From the NCBI GenBank assembly GCA_965205015.1, contig OZ242029.1:736001-800000 (forward strand): 64,000 nt of DNA, in the 5' to 3' direction. Within the stretch, counting starts at the first letter, position 1. Every line of letters starts with the position of its first letter. Made by a program: the position numbers and the translations under genes. Shown one piece after another: positions 38,020 to 48,235 of the stretch. The DNA comes from Candidatus Poribacteria bacterium (GTDB lineage Bacteria > Poribacteria > WGA-4E > WGA-3G). A model generated the notes under the pieces. It was given only the letters and a program-made list of their open reading frames with translations, had not been told where the DNA came from and did no database searches.

Positions 38020-38844
38020 CTAATTGAGATAAGGGTTCACGACTTCGCGTTCAATCGCCAAGCCTTCCCATTCGTCATCCCCGGGTCCGTCGTAGATGAG
38101 GGTATGGGGTCCAGCGAAACCGGCTTTTTGGGCAAGATCAAGGCATTGCACGTAATCTTCCTTGTCCATTTCACGCGGTGCCGCGAAATGTGCTTTGGTA
38201 TGACACGATTCTGCCCACGAGGCAATCGCGGCGAGATCTTCATATTTTGTATCGCCACGCCAGTTCCCGAAGTCGAGACAGAGTCCCACCTTACCGTCTA
38301 AGCCACTTAAAATGGTGTTGACGTTTTCAGGTGTAGAGAAGATAGAAAACCAGTTCTCACTCATCAAACGGATACCTGCGGTGTCAGCCCGTTCGGTGAG
38401 TTGCGAGAGGACATCGCGACTCTGCGCTACGGTTTCCGCGGACGGATCGGCTTTACCGCCAATGACGCGCGCACACGTCGCGCCGAGTTCACCAGCGATG
38501 TCGATCCACTTTTCAATCCATGCGATGTCGCGTGCTGCATCAGAGGGATGGGTAATGTCGCCATCGTCAATCAGTAAAGAGAAAAGTTCAACGTCTGCAG
38601 CTGCGAGTGCAGCACGAAGTTCAGCGAGATACGTTTTCTCGACAGAGGGCAGATGGAAATGACAAATTTCTAAGGTGTTAATGCCGAATTCGGCGACGCG
38701 TGCGGGTAATTCCACAAGCGGAATAGGTCCCTTGTTATGGGTTTCGACTGGAATTTGCATGTCATGTGCGGGTCCGGTGAATCCCGGTTTCCCGAGTTGT
38801 CGATGCAGACTCCATGTTGAGACTGAAAGACGCGGTGCTGCCAT
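38020..38844 (-). CDS. sugar phosphate isomerase/epimerase (TIM barrel)
   Basis: SENW, LDFGNW and CHTKA motifs; GGAGG RBS. Confidence 0.8.
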   Translation of the reverse strand: MAAPRLSVSTWSLHRQLGKPGFTGPAHDMQIPVETHNKGPIPLVELPARVAEFGINTLEICHFHLPSVEKTYLAELRAALAAADVELFSLLIDDGDITHPSDAARDIAWIEKWIDIAGELGATCARVIGGKADPSAETVAQSRDVLSQLTERADTAGIRLMSENWFSIFSTPENVNTILSGLDGKVGLCLDFGNWRGDTKYEDLAAIASWAESCHTKAHFAAPREMDKEDYVQCLDLAQKAGFAGPHTLIYDGPGDDEWEGLAIEREVVNPYLN

Positions 38845-38886
38845 AATTTTTGTTCCTCCAAAGTTTGCGGTAAAGTCTTGAAATTT

Positions 38887-40032
38887 TCAACTTCTTTTCA
38901 AAATAACAATTCGATTGCTGTTTGTGCCTCTCTTGTTATTGGAGACCCCCCAGCAATTCGCCGTTTTCGTGAACTGCTGGGCGTTAATCATGAGCATTTC
39001 AGGCACAAGTCCGACATCAAGTGCTGCCTTGACGACGGCATTTTCTAAAAAGACTGTTCCATTCCGAACCTCTCCAACTTCAAACGCTATCCGCCCTCCA
39101 TGTTTTAAAACCCTATGGAGTTCTGCCAAAACATCTGTCATCCGAGCGGCCCAATCCTCCAGCGATTTCAGTTGCCAAATTTTGCCCTGTTCGATCTCTA
39201 TACCGCAAAACCACATCCGTAACCAGTTGTCTTGCATATAGTCAATCGTATCAAGGAAGGGCGGTGAAGTGACAACCAAGTCAACCGATTCGTCTGCAAT
39301 TTGGGGGGTACTATCAGCGGACTCGGTCAGCAGTATAGCGTCATCCCTCTGAAAACAGTCTGGCAGGCTATGCCGTAATAATTGCTTAGATTTTCGAAGT
39401 ATGAGTTCCTTGGTGTTCCGATATTCGGGGATCTGATTCCGTTTCTCATTGATTTTCTGTTGTGCCACAATTGAGGTCGCTAAATTCGGCGGAAGGGTGA
39501 AAACCGAAAAAAAACCGGTAGAATGCCCCGTCAAACGGCTACACGCCACCATTTGCAACCACGCATCCACAGGGTCAGAGCGTTCCTGTTGGAAGTATGT
39601 CCGCCAGCCGTAAATCTCTCGGAGCGTATCCTCATGAAAAAATACGAGTAGTGCTGTGTCGACCTCCGCATCAGTAGAGAGATGAATTTTCTGTAATCGC
39701 GTTTCGATCTGCTCTAATGTGGGTGGGTTCAAACGCGGTGCGGTGAGAATTTTCGCCAACGGATTGATATCATTGCCGATGACCCGATGTCCGTGCAGCT
39801 GCGCTTCTATCAGCGTTGTCCCGCGTCCCATAAACGGATCGTAGACGACAGCCTCTGTTTTGCAGAACTTCTTGATGAAATACTCGGGTAACTGCGGTTT
39901 GTAACACGCCCGATACGATACTTCGTGCAGGGAATGTCCAGTGCGCTGTTTCGATGTCCAAAATTCGTCTACACGGGTAGGGAGGTAAACCGTATAATCG
40001 TTGGGTCTATTGAAATCAACAGCCAATTGCAT
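38887..40032 (-). CDS. orphan DNA methyltransferase (N4-cytosine/N6-adenine, SPPF motif)
   Basis: VYDPFMGRGTT (motif I) precedes LVVTSPPF (motif IV). Confidence 0.88.
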   Translation of the reverse strand: MQLAVDFNRPNDYTVYLPTRVDEFWTSKQRTGHSLHEVSYRACYKPQLPEYFIKKFCKTEAVVYDPFMGRGTTLIEAQLHGHRVIGNDINPLAKILTAPRLNPPTLEQIETRLQKIHLSTDAEVDTALLVFFHEDTLREIYGWRTYFQQERSDPVDAWLQMVACSRLTGHSTGFFSVFTLPPNLATSIVAQQKINEKRNQIPEYRNTKELILRKSKQLLRHSLPDCFQRDDAILLTESADSTPQIADESVDLVVTSPPFLDTIDYMQDNWLRMWFCGIEIEQGKIWQLKSLEDWAARMTDVLAELHRVLKHGGRIAFEVGEVRNGTVFLENAVVKAALDVGLVPEMLMINAQQFTKTANCWGVSNNKRGTNSNRIVILKRS

Positions 40033-40113
40033 TGCCCTGAAGATACTCCCTACTTGGTATTTCTCAACGCCAGTCCTTACTCCTTATCGCGGTGGGAGGA
40101 TCAAAAAAGTCAA

Positions 40114-40830
40114 TTACAGATTTTGATTAATCCATGCGACGACTTTTTCGACCATCACAGGCGTGCCATCCCCAGAAAAGACGTGATCCACGCCCGGCAG
40201 TTCGAGAAGCTCTGTATCTTCGTTCGCGTACTGTAGGATATCATGGCTATCTTCAGGTGGAACGATATCGTCCTCAGTGCCGTGAACCAAAAGCCACGGA
40301 ACCGCAAATTGACTCGCGCGTCTTGCGACACTGTCTATTGTCGTCACGTCATCTACATAAGCCTGTGAGAGCGGGCAATCGGGTTCACCCCACATAAAGC
40401 CCGCATCGGGTGTAGCATCTCCGAATTCACGTTCTGCAAACGCTTTCGTGTGCACCATCCCCGCGAGCGAGACGAGTGCTTGGATACGTTCATCGACAGC
40501 AGCACGCAGGACACCCACCGCACCCCCCATACTATGCCCGACATAGCAGACGTTATATCCATCCAGCGCGTCAATGACACTGCCGAGGTCTGCCACCTCT
40601 TTTGTGATAGTCGAATCTGTAAACGCCCCCTCTGATTCACCGTTGCCGGAGAAGGAGAAGCGCAACGCAGAGATACCAGCCCCAGCGAGTCCTTCTGCCA
40701 AAGCGACGAGGGCAGGTCTGTCCTTGTTGCCTGTAACGCCGTGTCCGATCACCACAATTCTGTCGCCTTCGCCTTCATGAAAAGAGTAATCGAGGCGTTC
40801 ACCGTGTCCGTTTCTAATTTCACCAAACAT
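40114..40830 (-). CDS. alpha/beta hydrolase
   Basis: GHG, GHSMGG nucleophile elbow, HGTEDDIV and DHVF. Confidence 0.9.
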   Translation of the reverse strand: MFGEIRNGHGERLDYSFHEGEGDRIVVIGHGVTGNKDRPALVALAEGLAGAGISALRFSFSGNGESEGAFTDSTITKEVADLGSVIDALDGYNVCYVGHSMGGAVGVLRAAVDERIQALVSLAGMVHTKAFAEREFGDATPDAGFMWGEPDCPLSQAYVDDVTTIDSVARRASQFAVPWLLVHGTEDDIVPPEDSHDILQYANEDTELLELPGVDHVFSGDGTPVMVEKVVAWINQNL

Positions 40831-40953
40831 ATTTTAATTTCCGGCTCCTGGGCTGCCTTCCTTGCGCAGATCTTCTATAGAGGAAACCTGCGGGACAATG
40901 CTTCAGGCAGGTTTTTGGTTAAGTAGGGACAGGTTGCCAGTGAGGTATTTGTA

Positions 40954-41283
40954 CTAATCTGCTGAAACAACCTTCTCTAAGACCTCTTGAAGGTAGACAT
41001 CTATTTCTAATTGACGACGCGCTGCATTCACTGCAATCCGACTGTACAACTCAGGGGTTGTTTCGATTGTGAGTGTACCTGAGAAAGGTTTATCCGGTAT
41101 TTTTCCTTGTTCTTCGCAGACTTCAAAGTACACCTCAAGTGACTTCTGCATCTCTGCCCGAAGTTCGGTTACGGATGCCCCGTAGAATGTAATTACATCT
41201 TGCGTATTGATCACAGTTCCATGAAAGAGGTCTATTTCCGGATCAAAATCAACAACTCCGATATAACCTTTGTACTCCATCAT
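40954..41283 (-). CDS. hicB: HicB family antitoxin
   Basis: MEYKGYIG...FHGTVI...DVITFYG...PDKPFSG. Confidence 0.9.
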   Translation of the reverse strand: MMEYKGYIGVVDFDPEIDLFHGTVINTQDVITFYGASVTELRAEMQKSLEVYFEVCEEQGKIPDKPFSGTLTIETTPELYSRIAVNAARRQLEIDVYLQEVLEKVVSAD

Positions 41284-41537
41284 AGCGTAATCCCCGCCCT
41301 TTGGAGAAACTTTCGTAGATCTCTGATTGCCCCTTTATCCATGTTTGGACTTGGGTGTGGCCGATGAAATACGATAACGTGATTATTAAGCGATACGGAG
41401 ACCCTTGAACCCGCACGTTCTGTCAGGACAGCACCTAAGGTTTTTAACAACGACTCTACATCTCTCCATTTGATGTTGCCTGAGATTGGTTGTGCAAAAA
41501 TCGCTTCTAATGTTCTTCTGCGTCGCTTGTTCATCAA
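41280..41537 (-). CDS. hicA: HicA family toxin
   Basis: IKWRDVESLL...GSRV...FHRPHP; overlaps the hicB start. Confidence 0.9.
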   Translation of the reverse strand: MMNKRRRRTLEAIFAQPISGNIKWRDVESLLKTLGAVLTERAGSRVSVSLNNHVIVFHRPHPSPNMDKGAIRDLRKFLQRAGITL

Positions 41538-41632
41538 TGTTATGTATCATGGCATTATTTCAAATACATTAGCAGCAGCGCGAGAAGCTACGCTACTGCT
41601 AATGTTCGTCACCTTACAAAACGGATATCGGA

Positions 41633-43930
41633 TTAGTGTCCATTGCTTCTCAACGCTTGGACAACCTTCTCCGGTTTGATCGGCAATTCGGTAACCCGCA
41701 CACCGATAGCATCTTTGACAGCGTTCGCCATCGTTGCCAATGTTGGCGTGATAGGCGGTTCACCCACACCTTTGGCACCGTAAGGACCGTTGGGGGCAGG
41801 CACTTCAACAATGACAGACTCGACCGTTGGGAGATCCGCCGAGGTTGGAACGCGGTAATCGACAAAGCCCGGATTGACGTTCCCGTTTTCGCCGTACTGC
41901 ATCTCCTCCATCATTGCCCAGGCATAACCTTGCACTGTACCACCTTCGATCTGCCCTTCAACTGCCATCGGGTTGATAGCATAGCCGACATCTTGCGAAG
42001 CGATCAGTTTGAGGACTCTCGTTCTACCTGTGCCTGGATCCACTTCGACTTTCGCAATCTGCGCTGCGAGTGCCGGTGTGCTGGGTTGTCGGGCAAAGGA
42101 CCCTTTTCCAACGATAGGACCACCGGTTGTAGACAGGCTGTAAGCTGCAAGTTCACCCAACGAAATGGATTTCGGCGGATCTGCGGAAATAACATGGACC
42201 CCTCCATCTTTGAGTTCGAGGTTGTCCACATTCATATTGAGACGCTCCGAGGCGAGCTCAAGAATCCGGCGGTGTGCATCTTCAGCCGCCAATTTTGCGG
42301 TGTTGCCCATCGTGAAGGTAACAACACTGCCACCTGAACCGGTAGAGTACGGGGCAGAATCCGTATCGCCACGTCGAATTGTGACGCTTTCATACGGCAC
42401 TGTCAGGATTTCGGCAATAATCTGCGAAATCGCGGTATCCGTTCCAGTGATGTCCATAGATCCATGGAAGATACGGGCACTCCCGTCTTCATGGACAGAA
42501 ACATAAACACCCCCCGGTCCACAACCGTTTGTCCAATCACCAACAGCGACACCCCATCCTTGGTTCTCACCCGCTTCCCGATCCCACCATCCGGCGGCAT
42601 CCGCAACGGCTTCCAAAGTCTCTTTGTAACCGACTTTGGGTTCCGCAGCACCTGCGGGGACGGGGTCCCCTTCTTCGCGCATGTTCATCAGGCGGAATTT
42701 AACCGGATCCATGCCGATACGTTCAGCAATTTCGTCGAGTTGGGATTCACCGGCGAAAATCGCTTGCGGGGCACCGGGTGCCCTATAAGCGGCAGTCCCA
42801 GATTTATTGGTGTGAACACCATAAGCGTCTACCTTGAGATTCGGAATTTTGTAGACACCGCGGACCCGAATCGTGCTGCCGATCGATGCGCCAGAGACGG
42901 AACCGGAATCCCAAAAAGCGAGCGCTTCCCGCGCAAGGATGTGCCCCTCGTTCGTAGCACCCGTCTTGATTTTAATAACACATCCGGGTGCCGGTCTACC
43001 ATCAATAAATTCCTCTTCACGCGTCATTTGAACCCGGACGGGACGTCCCGTTTTCTGCGAAAGCAGCACGGCAGGCACGTGCGTAATAATAACACCAAAA
43101 CGTCCACCAAAACCACCGCCCATTGTTGTGCCGATGACATTAATTTGCGTCAACGGAATCCCGAGCGTCCCAGCGATACCCGAACGGATAGCGAACGGAC
43201 CTTGCGTGGATGCCCAAACCGTGATTTTGCCGGAGGAGTCTGCGCTGGCGACAGAAACGTGCGGTTCCATGTAAGTCTGGTGGACCCGTGGAATCACATA
43301 GGTATCTTCAACAACGACATCAGATTCAGCAAATCCTTTTTCAACGTCTCCCGCATCGGAGTGGCTTTCGGCAGAGATGTTATAGTAAACTTCATCAGGG
43401 TATTCCTCTAAGGCTGCCTCAAGTTTGCTGATTTCGTCGCTGTGATCGTTCTCCTTATCACGAGAGAGTCTCCGGATCCGTGTGCTGATCTCCCGCCGAT
43501 TGGGACCATCCTTTGTTGCATCACCGTGCAAGCGTGGTGCTGACGGTTTAATCGCTTCCATAACATCTTGCACAACCGGCAGCACTTCGTATTCAATCTT
43601 AACGAGTTCAGCGGCTTCCTCGGCAATATCGGGATCGGTTGCCGCAACAGCAGCAAGCGGTTCGCCTAAGTAAAGCACTTTGTCCGTCGCAAAAACCCTT
43701 CTGCCGCTCGGCACATCGTCCTGCGTAATAATCGCCCTGACACCGGGAAGTTTTTCGGCTTCGCTGGTGTCAATGCTGAGTATATTGGCGTGGGCTTGTT
43801 TACTGCGGACGATTTTGCCATAAAGCATACCGGGTGGATGAACATCTGCCCCGTATTGCGCGGCACCGGTTACTTTTTCAACAGCATCAACGCGTGCAAC
43901 CTTTTGTCCGACGACAGTATATTCTGACAT
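41633..43930 (-). CDS. xanthine dehydrogenase family molybdopterin-binding subunit
   Basis: KVTGAAQYGAD, HQTYMEP, MGGGFGG, AYRAPG, EGQIEGG and GAKGVGEPP motifs. Confidence 0.93.
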   Translation of the reverse strand: MSEYTVVGQKVARVDAVEKVTGAAQYGADVHPPGMLYGKIVRSKQAHANILSIDTSEAEKLPGVRAIITQDDVPSGRRVFATDKVLYLGEPLAAVAATDPDIAEEAAELVKIEYEVLPVVQDVMEAIKPSAPRLHGDATKDGPNRREISTRIRRLSRDKENDHSDEISKLEAALEEYPDEVYYNISAESHSDAGDVEKGFAESDVVVEDTYVIPRVHQTYMEPHVSVASADSSGKITVWASTQGPFAIRSGIAGTLGIPLTQINVIGTTMGGGFGGRFGVIITHVPAVLLSQKTGRPVRVQMTREEEFIDGRPAPGCVIKIKTGATNEGHILAREALAFWDSGSVSGASIGSTIRVRGVYKIPNLKVDAYGVHTNKSGTAAYRAPGAPQAIFAGESQLDEIAERIGMDPVKFRLMNMREEGDPVPAGAAEPKVGYKETLEAVADAAGWWDREAGENQGWGVAVGDWTNGCGPGGVYVSVHEDGSARIFHGSMDITGTDTAISQIIAEILTVPYESVTIRRGDTDSAPYSTGSGGSVVTFTMGNTAKLAAEDAHRRILELASERLNMNVDNLELKDGGVHVISADPPKSISLGELAAYSLSTTGGPIVGKGSFARQPSTPALAAQIAKVEVDPGTGRTRVLKLIASQDVGYAINPMAVEGQIEGGTVQGYAWAMMEEMQYGENGNVNPGFVDYRVPTSADLPTVESVIVEVPAPNGPYGAKGVGEPPITPTLATMANAVKDAIGVRVTELPIKPEKVVQALRSNGH

Positions 43931-44053
43931 TTAATTCTCCTTTTTTTATGGCTGTCGGCTGTCAGCATTTGAAGGGAAGATTAGAAGGGTGGAAGAGTGG
44001 GTCCCCATCCTTCCCTTCTTCCAACCGTCCAGTCCCTTGCTGACCGCTGATAA

Positions 44054-44287
44054 CTATGATACGTTTGCAATGAGTTGCTGGAGTTTACCGCGTCCGATAG
44101 CAGTATTGCATCTTTTACAGACTTTCACGGTATCCTCTCCGACCTCTCGATCATAAAGGACTTTCACGCCGGTCCGTCCACAAGTCGGACAGGTTCCACG
44201 ACCATTATTATATTCGCCGTTGTGTACGTTCCCGTTTGGATCCACGTAAAGGTGCCTTATGCCTGTTCCACGATGAGTCTTTGCCAT
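44054..44287 (-). CDS. small basic zinc-ribbon protein
   Basis: 77 aa with AGGAG RBS; CPTC...CKRC; basic N-terminus MAKTHRGTGIR. Confidence 0.75.
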   Translation of the reverse strand: MAKTHRGTGIRHLYVDPNGNVHNGEYNNGRGTCPTCGRTGVKVLYDREVGEDTVKVCKRCNTAIGRGKLQQLIANVS

Positions 44288-44412
44288 GTTTGCTCCTATT
44301 AATTGGGTTCCCAGTTTTCGGTTCTCGGTCTTCGGTTAGAGAGAGGCTTTTTGGCAGACAAGGCGTTTGTAACTGCTACACGTCTTAACCGACAACTGAC
44401 AACTGATAACTT

Positions 44413-44892
44413 TTATGCCGATGTTTGGACCTCTTCCGCTGCTTTCAGGACTGCTTCAAGAATCTTTGTGTATCCGGTGCAACGGCAGATATTCCCGCCG
44501 AGTGCATGCCTGAATTCTTCTTCGGTCCTCTCCGGATTTTCGTCTAAAAGTGCCTTCGCTGCCATGATGAAACCTGGGGTACAGAAACCACACTGATAGC
44601 CGCCTGTGTTAATAAACGCCTGTTGGACAGGATGAAGTTCACCGTCGCTGGCTAAACCTTCAATGGTGGTAATCTCTTTTTCAGAAGCGGTGACACCAAG
44701 CACCATGCAGGATGTAACGGCTTTGCCATCAACAATAACAGTGCAAGCACCGCAGTCGCCTGTACTACATCCCTCTTTGGTTCCCGTCAAACCGATCGTA
44801 TCGCGAAGTACTGCTAACAGGGTTTTGCGCGGTTCAATGAGTAAATCGTAGTCGTCCCCGTTTACCTTTAGACTGACAGGGTGTTTTTCCAT
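44413..44892 (-). CDS. xanthine dehydrogenase family (2Fe-2S) subunit (CoxS/CutS-like)
   Basis: GCSTGDCGACTV, QCGFCTPG and NICRCTGY. Confidence 0.95.
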   Translation of the reverse strand: MEKHPVSLKVNGDDYDLLIEPRKTLLAVLRDTIGLTGTKEGCSTGDCGACTVIVDGKAVTSCMVLGVTASEKEITTIEGLASDGELHPVQQAFINTGGYQCGFCTPGFIMAAKALLDENPERTEEEFRHALGGNICRCTGYTKILEAVLKAAEEVQTSA

Positions 44893-44934
44893 ATTTTTGC
44901 TCCTTTTTTAATTTTACCTTGCGGTTAATAGGAT

Positions 44935-45780
44935 TTATGCCCGCGCGACTGCCTCTTGTAAGGTTCGTCTCGTAAGAACATCGACCATTTCTTTGCGATG
45001 TTCCGCGGAGCATCGTAAATCCGATATCGGACTGGCGGCGGCTGCCGCGGCTTCACCGGCTTGTTGCAGAAGTTCCGCTGTCAGCTCGTTTCCTCTTAAA
45101 AGATTCTCTGCCTCCGTTGCACGAATCGGCGTAGGGGCAACGGCTGCGAGTCCGATTCGAGCATCCGTGATGGTTCCATTGTCGAGATTGACGGCAGTAG
45201 CGACACCAATGAACGCCAGATCCATCACTTCACGGATTTTATGCTTAACATAGTGGGAACCAGACGCTGGGCTCGGTAAACGAAAGCGTGTGATAATCTC
45301 ACCCGGTGCTAAGACGGTCTGTCCAGGTCCCGTGAAAAGCTCGTCAATTGGTACAGTTCGCTCGCCATCCGCACTTGCGATGTCCACCTGCGCATCAGCA
45401 ACAAGTAAACCGGCGACCGTATCCGCAGCCGGGGAAGCGTGTGCTATATTTCCACCGATGGTTGCGAGGTTACGAATTTGGATGGAACCGATTTCCGAAG
45501 CACCTTCTGCCAAGGCAGTGTGGTGATTCAGAATATCCGATGATAATTCGACTTGGCGCACCTTCGTCATCGCACCGATGCTAATGCCGTCGCCCTCTGT
45601 CGTAATGCCCTCCAATCCCGGAATTTTCTGCAAACTAATTACGGACTGCGGCGTTTCGATGAGTGCCTTCATACCGATAACGAGGTCTGTTCCGCCTGCC
45701 AGGAGCTGCGCGTGCTCCTGAGCGAAGAGTCGAGATGCCTCCGCGAGGGTGGTCGGTTCAAAAAACTCAAAACCTTTCAA
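44935..45780 (-). CDS. xanthine dehydrogenase family FAD-binding subunit (CoxM/CutM-like)
   Basis: LLAGGTDL, QIRNLATIGGN and ASPAAD; TTG start with GGAGG RBS. Confidence 0.93.
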   Translation of the reverse strand: MKGFEFFEPTTLAEASRLFAQEHAQLLAGGTDLVIGMKALIETPQSVISLQKIPGLEGITTEGDGISIGAMTKVRQVELSSDILNHHTALAEGASEIGSIQIRNLATIGGNIAHASPAADTVAGLLVADAQVDIASADGERTVPIDELFTGPGQTVLAPGEIITRFRLPSPASGSHYVKHKIREVMDLAFIGVATAVNLDNGTITDARIGLAAVAPTPIRATEAENLLRGNELTAELLQQAGEAAAAAASPISDLRCSAEHRKEMVDVLTRRTLQEAVARA

Positions 45781-46020
45781 ATTTAATCCTCCGTGTTATG
45801 TTCCTTCAAGCAAATTTTTAATTTATTGATCCTGGGCTGCGTTCCGCTACAAAAATGCCGCCCTGCTGGGACTGAATCGGTGCTGGACACCTTTTGTTAT
45901 GCGTTTCACGCAGATTTCTGGTAATCCCATACAGCATACTGCAACAGCACACCCGATACCCCTTTAAAGAATACCCGATTGCGGGGTAATTTGTCAACTT
46001 TAAATTCGCTGAACAGTCCG

Positions 46021-47265
46021 TTATGGAAGGTGCCAACCCGGTATCGGTTCCGCGCGGAGTCCTTCCAACTCATAAAGTTCCTCTACGCTGACTTCACGAC
46101 CGAGTTTCGCTGACAAGAGGGCACCGCTCATAATCTCTGTAACCTTAAGACCGACATCTCCATTACTGACAGGTTGGGCATCACTGTTACAGGCATCAAG
46201 GAAATCACGGAACTTATCGGGGAAAGACCTATCTGGCAGTTCCAACGGTGTTTCGACAAGATCGCCTTGATAGCGTCTGCGATTGCCCTGATCATCGGTA
46301 TCCCACTCACCGTTTTCAAGGAAGAGTTTGTCGTTGCTAAACGAACCTTTGGATCCAAAAATGAAGATGCCCTGCGGTTGCCCTGCCATATTGCTCGACC
46401 AACCGTTTTCATACGTGAACGACATCCCGTTGGTAAACCGGACAAACACCGATGCGTGCTCCTCAACATCATTGATTTCTTCGCCTGTGTATTCGGGAAG
46501 CATCCCACGATAAGCAATGCCACTAATTGTAGCGGGTTGTGGTGAACCGAGAAGATAGAGAGAACGATTGATAAGGTAGACGCCTGTGTCATATATCGTG
46601 CCGCCACCGCTGTAAACGGAATGGAGGAACCATCTACCGTAACCGAACATATCCACATTCGGTCTGCCACGTACACGGTAACTGGTGAGTCTGCCGTAAT
46701 AGACATCACCGAGTTTCCCAGAGGTGATATAGTCTCGAATGGCGTAACTTGTCGGATCCAGGCATGTGCCGCCGCTTTGGTATGCGAGCTTAACGCCAGC
46801 GGCTTCACAGGCATCCCGCATATTTCTCGCCTCTGTTGCTGTGCGCGCCATCGGTTTTTCGCAGAAGACGTGCTTTCCAGCCTGCGCCGCTGCGACTGTA
46901 GCGGGTTCATGGACAAATGGCGGTAGGGCAAGGCTGACGGCGTCTACATCACACTCCGTCAACATTTCGTCGTAGTCGCTAAAGATTTTGACGCCATTGT
47001 CGCTATATTCTGACCAGCGCGCGGCGTCCGCCTTCGATTGCTCGCGTGCTTCCGCCGTATCTGCGTTTTCTGCTGCTTCAGTTGCAGCTTCCGCGCGCGA
47101 GGCTGCCCCGGAAAGGACTTCCGCATGTCGCCGCTTTACATTCGCTTCTACCGTATCGCAAACAGCAACGATTTCGGCGTGCTGTGGATGGTCAAGATAC
47201 CCGTTGACATGCGAACCGGATACCATGCCGCATCCAATAATCCCGATTTTAATCCGTTTTGACAT
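46021..47265 (-). CDS. Gfo/Idh/MocA family oxidoreductase
   Basis: IGIIGCG, GKHVFCEKP, GGGTIYDTGVY; start moved to MSKRIK (AGGAG RBS). Confidence 0.9.
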   Translation of the reverse strand: MSKRIKIGIIGCGMVSGSHVNGYLDHPQHAEIVAVCDTVEANVKRRHAEVLSGAASRAEAATEAAENADTAEAREQSKADAARWSEYSDNGVKIFSDYDEMLTECDVDAVSLALPPFVHEPATVAAAQAGKHVFCEKPMARTATEARNMRDACEAAGVKLAYQSGGTCLDPTSYAIRDYITSGKLGDVYYGRLTSYRVRGRPNVDMFGYGRWFLHSVYSGGGTIYDTGVYLINRSLYLLGSPQPATISGIAYRGMLPEYTGEEINDVEEHASVFVRFTNGMSFTYENGWSSNMAGQPQGIFIFGSKGSFSNDKLFLENGEWDTDDQGNRRRYQGDLVETPLELPDRSFPDKFRDFLDACNSDAQPVSNGDVGLKVTEIMSGALLSAKLGREVSVEELYELEGLRAEPIPGWHLP

Positions 47266-47351
47266 TATGGCACTCCTTCTCAGGGTAAAATTGCCCAAAG
47301 TTTATGCAATCGGGGTTGAAAACCCCTCCCATGGAGAATTAGACTCCACTT

Positions 47352-48041
47352 CTACAACCGCCCTGACGGCGTATGCCCCGCGCCGACTTTGACGTGGGTA
47401 TCCGCCAACTGCGTTTGCACATGCGCAATGCACTCTTGAAGATTCTGAAACGGGGAACTCGGATAGGATTCGATGCTAAAATTCAGGTCGTTCTCACCAA
47501 AAGTTACCATATCCACACCGGGTTTGGCGAATTTGCTGACGTTAATCACGGCATCCACGGATTCGATCTGTAAGATGAGGATGCCGGTGTTGTTCCACCA
47601 CTCGGCGTACTCAAGACGGTCCATACCGCCCTTGATACCGTAACCACTGCTGGGACCCCAACTCCGTTTTCCCATCTGAGGATAGTAGAAGAAATCAATT
47701 GCTTCGTCCACCGTTTCAACGCTCTCGACCTGTGGTACAACAATAGCACGGGGACCGAGATCCAACAGATTGCCGATGAGATACGCGTTGCGCGTATGTT
47801 TGATACGAAGTTGGACACCAACATCGAATTCGCTCGCCATCGCACAATATTCAACGAGTTTGTCTTCATTTGCGGCGCCATGCTGATGGTCAACACTGAC
47901 TAAATCGTAGTTGCCTTGACCGAGAACCGCTTCCATCTCGTCGCGGGTGCAACCGAACGGGACACCGGATGCGATGTTAATCGCTTCTTTGTTATGGATG
48001 CGTTGTTTTAAAGACACTGGGATGATCTCCTTGGAACTCAA
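47352..48041 (-). CDS. HpcH/HpaI aldolase family protein
   Basis: VDHQHG, LDLGP..IVVPQV, GKRSWG, LQIES and FGENDL; upstream TTGACA-16-TATAAT at 48085-48058. Confidence 0.85.
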   Translation of the reverse strand: MSSKEIIPVSLKQRIHNKEAINIASGVPFGCTRDEMEAVLGQGNYDLVSVDHQHGAANEDKLVEYCAMASEFDVGVQLRIKHTRNAYLIGNLLDLGPRAIVVPQVESVETVDEAIDFFYYPQMGKRSWGPSSGYGIKGGMDRLEYAEWWNNTGILILQIESVDAVINVSKFAKPGVDMVTFGENDLNFSIESYPSSPFQNLQECIAHVQTQLADTHVKVGAGHTPSGRL

Positions 48042-48235
48042 CTAAATTGTGATGTCTATTATAGAGGCTTTGAGATTTTTGTCAAGTCTTTTGAAATCAC
48101 AAATCACTCTAACTTTCCTCAAAGCGATACCAAATTCATAGAAGACCACAAATTCAATGGTTCTGCAAAATGCGAAACCTTGAAAATTTTGCCGAATTCT
48201 GCTAATCTATATTTTTAGAAATAGGAGGAACCTAT

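Noticed and set aside
42464-43411. 315-aa plus-strand ORF (and 41636..42337)
   Set aside because: Antisense shadows of the molybdopterin subunit gene.
41633-45780. Aerobic CO dehydrogenase (coxMSL)
   Set aside because: The active-site loop is AYRAPG, not the form I AYxCSFR; only a generic xanthine-dehydrogenase-family call is supported.
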